Source: Nannocystis sp.
GTDB taxonomy: Bacteria; Myxococcota_A; Polyangia; Nannocystales; Nannocystaceae
Direction of reading: 5' to 3'
Length of the DNA stretch: 64,000 nt
Assembly: GCA_016712315.1 (NCBI GenBank)
Contig: JADJRG010000022.1
Span: 930,522-994,521, forward strand
Shown here: piece after piece, positions 8,959 through 16,903 of the stretch
Layout: every line of letters starts with the position of its first letter
Position numbering within the stretch: the stretch's first letter is position 1
The notes under the pieces: generated by a model
The model's input: only the letters and a program-made list of their open reading frames with translations
Databases searched by the model: none
What the model was told of the DNA's origin: nothing
Program-made: the position numbers and the translations under genes

Positions 8959-9387
8959 TCACGCGCCTGCGCCGCGGAGCCGCCGGTGCAACTGTAACAG
9001 AGCCGCGCGGATCGTCGCCTGCGCCGCTCGTAGCCCGCTCCGCAGCTCCGCGAGCGCCGCCCGATCGCCCGCCCGCAGCGGCGCCTCAGCCGCGCGCAGC
9101 GTCGCCACCGCGGCTGCCACATCCTCTAATTCAGGCGCGGGGAGCGGCGCACCAAGCTCGGCGCTGAGGCGCGCCCAGACCTCCCAAGCCGCCTCTGGAG
9201 CCCCGCTCAGGCCTGCGCGCGTGCGCAACAGATCCGCCTGCAGCGACTCTACCAGCGGCGCCTCCACCGGCCCTGACCACGCCGACTCGTCGAGGTTCAC
9301 GCAGCGCCACGACGAGTACTTACCCAGGTCGTGCTTCAGCGCCGCGACCGCCTCGATCAGCGCCTCGCGATCGATAGGATTCGCCAT
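8959..9387 (-). CDS. Hypothetical protein (142 aa)
   Basis: Coding-like composition. Its stop abuts the activator start (operon position). No recognisable motif. Confidence 0.4.
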   Translation of the reverse strand: MANPIDREALIEAVAALKHDLGKYSSWRCVNLDESAWSGPVEAPLVESLQADLLRTRAGLSGAPEAAWEVWARLSAELGAPLPAPELEDVAAAVATLRAAEAPLRAGDRAALAELRSGLRAAQATIRAALLQLHRRLRGAGA

Positions 9388-9396
9388 CGCCGCGGA

Positions 9397-9843
9397 TCAG
9401 GTGACGAAGTAGCGGGTCGCCCGGGCGCGCCCCGAGCTGCCGATCTTGCCCATCTTCTTCATCCAATTGAGGTAACCACGCAGCTCTTCGACGTCGATAT
9501 CGACCTGCTTCGCGAGCTGGCCGATCGTCAACGGCCCCTCCTCGATCGCCTCGAGGATCTGGCGGTACGCGCGGACCTCGCGGCTCTCATCGCTCGCCGG
9601 GGCTGTCTCATCGGCCAGATCATTCTCCGCTGCGCGCCCTCCGGCGGGGGCGACCCCGTCCAGCGCCTCACTGAGCTCTCGCAGCGTCAATTCACGGATC
9701 GCCGCCCCCGCCTCGCTCTGCAAGAGCTCGCGCAGGGTCATCGTCGCGGGCATCCGCGAGACTGTATTCAGCGCGGCCTTACGCAGGAGGTTGGCGCGGT
9801 TCTGCCGAAGCGCGGACTCAAAGAGCTGGGCGATCTCAGTCAT
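9397..9843 (-). CDS. Hypothetical protein with a C-terminal winged-helix-like segment
   Basis: C-terminal LTIGQLAKQVDIDVEELRGYLNWMKKMGKI resembles an HTH/winged helix. First gene of the six-gene minus-strand cassette. Confidence 0.45.
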   Translation of the reverse strand: MTEIAQLFESALRQNRANLLRKAALNTVSRMPATMTLRELLQSEAGAAIRELTLRELSEALDGVAPAGGRAAENDLADETAPASDESREVRAYRQILEAIEEGPLTIGQLAKQVDIDVEELRGYLNWMKKMGKIGSSGRARATRYFVT

Positions 9844-9954
9844 GGAAGGCGACCACAGTCCCTGCGCTCTCCCCAGAGTTTGGGGTCGAAGGCGCGAGGG
9901 CGCCCACTATGCCACCGCGCGGTGTAACCGACAAGCGCCGCGACCTGCGCTTGA

Positions 9955-10653
9955 TCAGTCGCAGATCAGATAAGGCACATCGACCCGATAGTCACCGCAC
10001 TCCCAGCAGCAGTCATCACAATCGAGCGACCCATCGGCCCCGATCCCCCAGTTTCGGTCGTTCGCGGTCGCCCCGAAGCAGATCCACTCGCCCTCGCCGC
10101 ACTCGATCGACTCGGGCACGTCCACGTCGAAGCCCGGCGTCACGAACACCGAGTCGGCGTTCGGCCAGATCCAGTCGCGATCGGCCGCGAACAGCCGCCA
10201 CTCCGCGTCGATCCCGTCGTCGCAGCGGTCCACCACCGACCAGTCCATCGCCACCGTCGGGTTACACAGCTCTGGCGCCTCGTCCGCTCCGTTCGCGCAG
10301 CTCTGCGCGCCGTCGCAGAGCGAGTCGACCGCCAAGCAATCACCGCTGCCGCACACCGCCACGGCGCCCGCGTTGCAGTAGCACAGCCCCTCCGAGCAAT
10401 ACGCGTTCAGCCCGCACGCCTCATCGGCCTCGCAGGTCCCCTCCGCGGTCGTCGGCTGGCAGCCCTGCGCCGCCTCTGCGTTGCCCGCGTAGCCGTCATC
10501 GCACACACACACGCCCTTGTAACAGCTCGCGTTAGCGCCGCAGATCTCTGGACACGCGCCCGGCTCGGTCGGCTCTACATACACCGCGCAGCCGATCAAG
10601 AGCCCGAGCAGAGCGGCCGGGGCCGCGCGAAGCAACATCATGGGGACTCGCAT
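9955..10653 (-). CDS. Cysteine-rich secreted lipoprotein (EGF-like Cys spacing)
   Basis: Start MRVPMMLLRAAPAALLGLLIGC with a lipobox. More than 30 Cys in about 200 aa. The listed ORF 9955..11286 is over-extended upstream and would overlap bioA. Confidence 0.6.
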   Translation of the reverse strand: MRVPMMLLRAAPAALLGLLIGCAVYVEPTEPGACPEICGANASCYKGVCVCDDGYAGNAEAAQGCQPTTAEGTCEADEACGLNAYCSEGLCYCNAGAVAVCGSGDCLAVDSLCDGAQSCANGADEAPELCNPTVAMDWSVVDRCDDGIDAEWRLFAADRDWIWPNADSVFVTPGFDVDVPESIECGEGEWICFGATANDRNWGIGADGSLDCDDCCWECGDYRVDVPYLICD

Positions 10654-10719
10654 CGCCGACCAGTGTAGCGCGCCCGGGGCCTCCCGCGGTATGGGAGTCA
10701 CCGCACCAAGGCGAGACCT

Positions 10720-12048
10720 ATGACCCTCCGCGACCGGGACCTCCAGGTGCTCTGGCACCCGGCGAGCCACTTCGACGACCACCGCGACCTGCCCCCGATC
10801 CCGATCGCGCGGGCCCGCGGCTGCTGGCTCTACGATCAGGAGGATCGGCCGATCCTCGACGCCATCGCCTCCTGGTGGACCTCCATCCACGGCCACTGCC
10901 ACCCCGAGATCGCCGCGGCGATCGCCGAACAAGCCGCCCGCCTTGACCACGTCTTGCTCGCTGGCTTCACCCACGAGCCCGCGGTCGCGCTCGCCGAGGC
11001 GCTCCTCGCCGCCGCGCCGCCCGGCATGGGCCGCGTCTTTTACGCCGACTGCGGCGCCGCGGCCGTCGAGGTCGCCCTCAAGCTCAGCTTTCAGGCCCGC
11101 CTGCTCGCGGGCGAGCCCCAGCGCGGCCGCTTCGCCACCCTCGAGAACAGCTACCACGGCGAGACCCTCGGCGCGCTCGCGCTCTGCGGCAATGACAGCT
11201 ACCGCGCCACCTTCGCGCCTTTGCTGATGCCCGTCCTCGAGCTCCCGGCCCCCGAGCTCCCCGACCATGACCTCGATGATCTCCACGGCGACGCAGGCGC
11301 CGACGCCCCCGCCGCCGATCGAGCCGTCGAGCTCTTAGAGCAGCACGCCCCCGAGCTCTCCGCGCTGATCCTCGAGCCCTTGGTTCAATGTGCCGGCCGC
11401 ATGCGCATGACCGGCGTTGGGTACTACCGTCGCGTCGTCCAGGCCGCCCAGCGCCTCGGGATCCACGTCATCGCCGATGAGATCGCCGTCGGCTTCGGCC
11501 GCACCGGTCGGCTCTTCGCCAGCGCTTGGGCCGGCGTCAGCCCTGATCTCCTGTGCCTCAGCAAGGGCCTCTCTGGCGGCGTCTTACCGCTCGCCGCGGT
11601 GCTCGTGCGCGCCGGCCTCGACGACCTCTTCCGCGGCGGTCCCGAGCGATCATTCCTCCACAGCCACACCTTCGCTGGCAACCCGATCGCCTGCGCCGCT
11701 GGCCTCGCCAGCCTCCGCCTCTACTTCGCAGACGACCTCCCCGCCCGCCTACCAACGCGCGCGGAGGCCCTCCGCCGGCGCCGTCTCCGGGTCGCCGCCG
11801 AGTCGCGCGCGATCGCCCATCACCGGCAAGCCGGCATGATCGCCGCCTTCACCGTACGCGCGCCCGACGGCGGGCCCTTGCCCGCGCGCATCGGCCTCCG
11901 CCTCCGCGCGGCCGCGCTCGCCCGCGGCGTCCTCCTCCGGCCGCTCCATGACATAGTTTATTGGATGCCGCCGCTGACGATCTCCGACGAAGAGCTCGAC
12001 CTCCTCGCGGATCGCACCCTCGAGGCCCTGCGCGAGGTGCTCGGGTGA
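10720..12048 (+). CDS. bioA: Adenosylmethionine-8-amino-7-oxononanoate aminotransferase
   Basis: LWHPASHF, SWWTSIHGHCHPEI, YHGETLGAL, ADEIAVGFGRTGRLFA, LCLSKGLSGG (PLP lysine) and YWMPPL are collinear with BioA. Confidence 0.85.
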   Translation: MTLRDRDLQVLWHPASHFDDHRDLPPIPIARARGCWLYDQEDRPILDAIASWWTSIHGHCHPEIAAAIAEQAARLDHVLLAGFTHEPAVALAEALLAAAPPGMGRVFYADCGAAAVEVALKLSFQARLLAGEPQRGRFATLENSYHGETLGALALCGNDSYRATFAPLLMPVLELPAPELPDHDLDDLHGDAGADAPAADRAVELLEQHAPELSALILEPLVQCAGRMRMTGVGYYRRVVQAAQRLGIHVIADEIAVGFGRTGRLFASAWAGVSPDLLCLSKGLSGGVLPLAAVLVRAGLDDLFRGGPERSFLHSHTFAGNPIACAAGLASLRLYFADDLPARLPTRAEALRRRRLRVAAESRAIAHHRQAGMIAAFTVRAPDGGPLPARIGLRLRAAALARGVLLRPLHDIVYWMPPLTISDEELDLLADRTLEALREVLG

Positions 12049-13277
12049 AGCGCCTCATCGCGGTCGCCCTCCTCCTCGCCGGCATCGCGCTCGGCTGCAC
12101 CCCCGACGAGGGCCCCGGCCTCGAGCTCGATTTCGGCGGGATCTGCCACGCGATCGCCTTCACCGCGCTCGACGAGCAGATCCTCGACGACGCGGTCGTG
12201 CTCGACCTCGCCGCCGACGGCGTCGACGATGGCGCCTGGGCGCTCATCGATCCAGGCGACGCCGATCTGTACCTGCAACGACTCCCCGCCCCTGGCCCCC
12301 GCCTCGAGCTCAAGATCCCGCGTGAGGACGCCGGAGCCGTCGATCTCTTCGCGGGCGCCAGCGCGGGAGAGGCATGGATCACCTACGCCAGCGGCGATCA
12401 GTTCCGCGCCGCCCGCCTCTTCGACCAGCAGATCGTCGACATCGCCAACTTCGACGCCTTCCCCGGCGACTCAGGCGCCTGGGAGCGGCGTCTCATCTTC
12501 TCCGGCCGTCGACCGCTGCTGCTCGCCTCACCCACCTCGAGCACGGACTCTACCGTCCGCTTCTACCTCGGCCGCCTCGATCCTGACCTCCAGCTCGCGC
12601 AGACCTGGGAGCTCGCCTTCCCCTCCGACTGCTACACCGACGGCATCTCGGACTGTGTACCCGTCAGCTATCCCCGCTGGCACATCCTCGACGTCGCCGA
12701 AGCCGACGGCGAGTCATCAGCCCTGCTCCTCATCGAGTTTGAGCGCGCCTTTCAAGACATCGACACCCGCACCACCGGCGTCACCACCCTCGAGATCGTG
12801 CTCGGCTCCGACGATGTCCCCGCCGCGAGCAAGCGCGAGCACATCGACCTCCTCTGGTCCCACCGCTCCGCGGGGTTGCGCGTCGAACCCGGCCAGATCG
12901 CCCGCGACGCCGCTGGCTATTACGTGCTCGTCGGCGCCACCGTCGAGGACGAGACAGATCTTGTGCTCAGCGACATCACCGACTACCGCCTCCTCCGGCA
13001 CAACCAGCGCGTCGGCACCTACGGCCTGCTCGCGCGCCCTGCCAAGTACACGAACTCCCACCTCATCCAGCTCCCTGATCAAGTCGCGCTCGGCCAGATC
13101 TTCGCGACCAACTGGTACGCGGCGCGCCTCGTCGACCTTGAGATCGACCGCGAGCCGGTCGCTCAGGCCAAGGTCCCCGAGGGCTCGCAGCCGATCCGCG
13201 CCGGCAACCAACAGATCCTCTTGCGCGCTCAGGAAGGCCCCGACGCGCGCGCCCTGCTCGGTTGCGCCGAGCAGTGA
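12045..13277 (+). CDS. Hypothetical lipoprotein (410 aa)
   Basis: GTG start in a GTGA overlap with the bioA stop. VKRLIAVALLLAGIALGC lipobox. The opposite-strand ORF 12717..13373 is G/A/D/E-rich antisense artefact. Confidence 0.6.
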   Translation: MKRLIAVALLLAGIALGCTPDEGPGLELDFGGICHAIAFTALDEQILDDAVVLDLAADGVDDGAWALIDPGDADLYLQRLPAPGPRLELKIPREDAGAVDLFAGASAGEAWITYASGDQFRAARLFDQQIVDIANFDAFPGDSGAWERRLIFSGRRPLLLASPTSSTDSTVRFYLGRLDPDLQLAQTWELAFPSDCYTDGISDCVPVSYPRWHILDVAEADGESSALLLIEFERAFQDIDTRTTGVTTLEIVLGSDDVPAASKREHIDLLWSHRSAGLRVEPGQIARDAAGYYVLVGATVEDETDLVLSDITDYRLLRHNQRVGTYGLLARPAKYTNSHLIQLPDQVALGQIFATNWYAARLVDLEIDREPVAQAKVPEGSQPIRAGNQQILLRAQEGPDARALLGCAEQ

Positions 13278-13369
13278 CGACACCAGCGACCAAAACAGCG
13301 CCGCCGCAGGCTCGACGGGCGAGTCTACGGCGGTGACAGAGGAGCGAGGCCGAGGCGGCCTCGGAGAGC

Positions 13370-14188
13370 TCACTTCTTCTTCGCGGGCTTCACCTTCGCG
13401 TCGGCGTCTGCCGGCTTAAACAGGGCGCTCTGCGGCACCGCGGCCGCACCCGCGCCGCCCGCGTCCCAGGTCAACTGCAGCGACACATCATCGCCGACGT
13501 TGAAGTAGAGGACGCTCACCTCGTACTCGCCCGGATCCATGAAGACCAGCTCGCACACCTGCTTGGTCTCGTGAGCGCCGCCGTTGTCGACGATCAGGCC
13601 GCCGTCGAGGAGCAGCTGCGAGCCGTCGCTGCTGTTGAGGCACAGGTTGTACTCCGCGGCCGCGGTCACGTTCAGCGAGCCGGTGAAGCGGGCCGCGAAC
13701 GACGAGCCGAGGGTCGACGGAGCGCCCGGGAAGGGCGAGCCCGCGGCGACATCGACGTTATTCGCGATCGCGTACGCGAGCGGCGCGCCCAGGGCCGAGA
13801 AGTCGGGCATCTCCGCGGTCGCCGCGGGGATCGTGAAGTACTCGACCAAGAGCCCGTTCGGCGAGACGGGCACCGGCTGGCGCCCCGTCCGCTTCGGCGG
13901 CTCGGCCGTCGGCTCGTCATCACGCGGCGGCTTCGCAGTGGCGAGCTTCTTCACCGCTTTACGCGGCACCCCGATCCCGCGCGTGTTCGTCTGGTCCTTC
14001 CCCTTCGCGGTCGCGCCACCTTGGTCAGCGTCGCCTTGATTACCATCGACGGCGTCGCCGCCAGCGGCGCCTCCAGCGTCATAGTCGACCGCGCCGGCGT
14101 CGGGGTTCTCGACGTTATTATTCGCCTTTGAAGCGCAGCCGACAGAGAGAGCCAAGGAAGCGAGAAGCAGAGCTTGCGAACGGAGCAT
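13370..14188 (-). CDS. Lipoprotein with a PA14-like domain
   Basis: Lipobox LALSVGC. C-terminal NSSDGSQLLLDGGLIVDNGG ... YEVSVLYFNVGDD ... LQLTWD resembles the PA14 fold. Confidence 0.6.
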   Translation of the reverse strand: MLRSQALLLASLALSVGCASKANNNVENPDAGAVDYDAGGAAGGDAVDGNQGDADQGGATAKGKDQTNTRGIGVPRKAVKKLATAKPPRDDEPTAEPPKRTGRQPVPVSPNGLLVEYFTIPAATAEMPDFSALGAPLAYAIANNVDVAAGSPFPGAPSTLGSSFAARFTGSLNVTAAAEYNLCLNSSDGSQLLLDGGLIVDNGGAHETKQVCELVFMDPGEYEVSVLYFNVGDDVSLQLTWDAGGAGAAAVPQSALFKPADADAKVKPAKKK

Positions 14189-14237
14189 GAGATCCTCTTG
14201 AGTGGAGCTTAGTGCGGGGGCTCAGACGACCGCAAGG

Positions 14238-14329
14238 AGCGGACATTCACCGCCATACCCCTGCTAGTTCACGCGCCCCGGTCCCAGTGATCGCCGACAA
14301 TACTAGGTAATCCAAGAAAAATGTCCGCT
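14238..14329. promoter_or_regulatory. Nested inverted repeats in the rseP / PA14-lipoprotein divergent intergenic region: AGCGGACATT (14238-14247) ... AATGTCCGCT (14320-14329), with inner CTAGT/ACTAG
   Basis: A 10-bp perfect inverted repeat separated by 72 bp, seen directly. Confidence 0.3.
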
Positions 14330-14485
14330 GATCCGTACCCGCCGCCCGATCTCACGGGTGCGGCCCGACGCCCCCACCGCCACGCGCTCGTGCTCGTGCT
14401 AGAGTCGCGCGCTCATCATGGCGGCCGCGCCGCGCAATCTCCGGGCCGCGCGCCCCCGCCCGCGACCGCCTGAGGGCACCGGCAG

Positions 14486-16117
14486 ATGCAACTCCTGGCC
14501 TTCCTCCTGCTGATCGGCCCCCTGATCTTCATTCACGAGCTCGGTCACCTGCTCGCGGCCAAGCTCGTCAACGTCAAGGTGCTCCGCTTCTCGATCGGCT
14601 TCGGCCCCGCGCTCGCGCGCCTCCAGATCGGCGAGACCGAGCTCCGCTTCGCCCCGATCTTGCTAGGCGGCTACGTCACGCTCTTGGGCCAGGGCCTCGA
14701 GGAGGAGATCCCCCCGCAAGACGCCGATCGAGCCCTCCGTAGCAAGCCTCTCTGGGCTCGCTTCCTGGTCCTAGGAGCAGGTCCTCTCGCCAACCTCGCG
14801 CTCCCGTTCGCCCTCTACTTCGCCTTCTTCCTCGGCCACACCGTCGTCGGCCCGCCGGTGCTCGGCACCATCCTCGACGACTCCGCCGCCGCCACCGCGG
14901 AGCTCCGAGCCGGCGATCGAGTCGTGATGATCGACGGCGACGACGTCCGATCCTGGCGAGAGATGCAGGCGCACGTCCGCGCCGCGCCTGAGCGCGAGCT
15001 CCGCTTCCAGATCGATCGCGGCGGCCAACGCTTCGATCGCTTCGTCACGCCACGGCGCACGGTCGACACCTCTGCGCTCGGCGAGGCGAGCCCGCGCGGC
15101 CTGCTCGGGGTGTACCCATGGTTCTACGCCCCGCAGATCGGCGTCATCGATCCCAGCTCACCCGCCTACGCTGAGGGCCTGCGCACCGGCGACATCGTCA
15201 CCTCGATCAACGGCGAACCCGTCGACACCGTTGAGGATCTAGAACGCGAGCTCACCAAGACCCGTGACACCTCGCTTCGCCTCACCTACCTGCGGGCGAC
15301 CCCATCCCCCGCGCCACTCGGCACCTTCCTCTGGTACGAGTCGAGGCACGCACGCCTGCGCCCACGCGCCGAGGCGGGCTTCTCGACGGGCCTCTTGACC
15401 GCCAACACCTTCGTCCGCGCCGTCCACCCCGACTCGCCCGCCGCACGCGCGGGGATCCGCCCCGGAGATCGAGTCCTCGCCGTCGAAGGCCGACCGATGT
15501 CCCGCTGGGAGACCCTCGCCGTCGCCCTCGATCGCCGAGGAGAGCGACCGATCCGCCTCACGGTGCAGTCACCCGGGAGCCCTCCGCGCGAGATCGACCT
15601 GACCCAAGAGACACGCGTGTGGCGCGACATCTACCGCCAGGAGCGCAGCTACTTGTGGCTCGGGGCCGAGCCCTACACCGCGCGTGAGCTGCCGAGCCCT
15701 GAGCCGATCCGCGGCCGCTTCACCTACGCCGCCCGCTCCGCCGCTGAGGAGACCGTCGGCATGCTCCGGCTGATGTGGACCAGCATCCAGCAGCTCCTCA
15801 CCTTTCAGCGCGGCGTCGATGAGCTCAGCTCGGTCGTCGGGATCTTTAACATCGCCGGCACCGCCGCCGAGCAGGGCCCAGGCGACTTCCTCCTGCTGAT
15901 GGCGCTGATCAGCATGAACATCGGCCTCGTCAACCTCCTCCCGATCCCCATCCTCGACGGCGGCCACCTCATGTTCTACACGCTCGAGGCGGTGCGTCGA
16001 CGCCCGCTCAGCCAGCGCGCGCGAGAGATCGCCAGCGCGATCGGCCTCGTCATCATCCTCGCCCTCCTCCTCATCGCCCTCCGCAACGACGTCGTCCGCT
16101 TCTGGCTCACCCCCTGA
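14486..16117 (+). CDS. rseP: RIP metalloprotease (site-2 protease)
   Basis: HELGH zinc motif in TM1, PDZ regions, and an NLLPIPILDGGH C-terminal motif. Confidence 0.9.
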   Translation: MQLLAFLLLIGPLIFIHELGHLLAAKLVNVKVLRFSIGFGPALARLQIGETELRFAPILLGGYVTLLGQGLEEEIPPQDADRALRSKPLWARFLVLGAGPLANLALPFALYFAFFLGHTVVGPPVLGTILDDSAAATAELRAGDRVVMIDGDDVRSWREMQAHVRAAPERELRFQIDRGGQRFDRFVTPRRTVDTSALGEASPRGLLGVYPWFYAPQIGVIDPSSPAYAEGLRTGDIVTSINGEPVDTVEDLERELTKTRDTSLRLTYLRATPSPAPLGTFLWYESRHARLRPRAEAGFSTGLLTANTFVRAVHPDSPAARAGIRPGDRVLAVEGRPMSRWETLAVALDRRGERPIRLTVQSPGSPPREIDLTQETRVWRDIYRQERSYLWLGAEPYTARELPSPEPIRGRFTYAARSAAEETVGMLRLMWTSIQQLLTFQRGVDELSSVVGIFNIAGTAAEQGPGDFLLLMALISMNIGLVNLLPIPILDGGHLMFYTLEAVRRRPLSQRAREIASAIGLVIILALLLIALRNDVVRFWLTP

Positions 16118-16132
16118 GCGCCCCACACCAAC

Positions 16133-16900
16133 ATGTCAACCCGCACGATCCTCGCATTCGACGCCTCCACGCCGCGGACCGCGATCGCCCTCGGCGTCCT
16201 CGACCTTGAGCGCGGCGAGGCCACGCAGCTCGCTGGCGTCGACGTGCTCGACGACGCTAGTCAAGCCTCGACCTGGCTCGTCGACCAGATCATGGCCACC
16301 CTCGCCAGCGCCAAGATCCAGGGCCGCGCCCTCGACCTCATCGTCTGCGGCGTCGGCCCAGGCACATTCACTGGCGCGCGCGTCGCAGTCGCGACGGCGA
16401 AGGGCCTCGCGCTCGGCCTCGACCGCCCTGTCCTCCCCCTCTCGACCCTCGCCGCCGTCGCCGCGTCTCAACCACGACGCGGCGCGATCGTCGCGACCCT
16501 CGACGCCCGCCGCGGTGAGCTCTACGCCGCGCGCTTCGACGTTGAGCCCGAACCAGCGGCCATGAGCGGCCTGCACGTCCGTCGCCGCAGCCAAGACACA
16601 GTCGTCGCCGCCGCCGATCTGCTCGCCGAGATCGCCCAACTCGCCGCCGCGCCGACCATCGTCGGTACGGGCGTCCACGTGATCGCCGCGGCCCTCGCCG
16701 GATCCCAGTCACCGACGCCCGCACTCCTCCCCCTCGACGGGGTCCACGCCGCGGGCCTCTGGCAGGCCACCTGTGACGCCTTCGCCGCGGGCGTGTCCCT
16801 CCACCCGCGCGAGCTCGACGCTGTCTATCTGCGCGGCTCGTACGCCGAGCTCGGCGTCAATCGCCCCAAGCGCCCCTTCGTCCCGAGCCCCTTCGCGTGA
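16133..16900 (+). CDS. tsaB: tRNA threonylcarbamoyladenosine biosynthesis protein TsaB (YeaZ)
   Basis: ILAFDASTPRTAIAL, GPGTFTGARVAVATAKGLA. Kae1/YeaZ fold lacking metal-binding histidines. Confidence 0.75.
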   Translation: MSTRTILAFDASTPRTAIALGVLDLERGEATQLAGVDVLDDASQASTWLVDQIMATLASAKIQGRALDLIVCGVGPGTFTGARVAVATAKGLALGLDRPVLPLSTLAAVAASQPRRGAIVATLDARRGELYAARFDVEPEPAAMSGLHVRRRSQDTVVAAADLLAEIAQLAAAPTIVGTGVHVIAAALAGSQSPTPALLPLDGVHAAGLWQATCDAFAAGVSLHPRELDAVYLRGSYAELGVNRPKRPFVPSPFA

Positions 16901-16903
16901 GCT

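Noticed and set aside
9955-11286. 443-aa minus-strand ORF overlapping the bioA start
   Set aside because: The first 211 codons are G/E/A/R-rich antisense-type sequence. A credible signal peptide with a lipobox starts at the internal ATG at 10653.
12717-13373. 218-aa minus-strand ORF
   Set aside because: Antisense to the lipoprotein gene 12045-13277, with a G/A/D/E/V-rich translation typical of an antisense frame.
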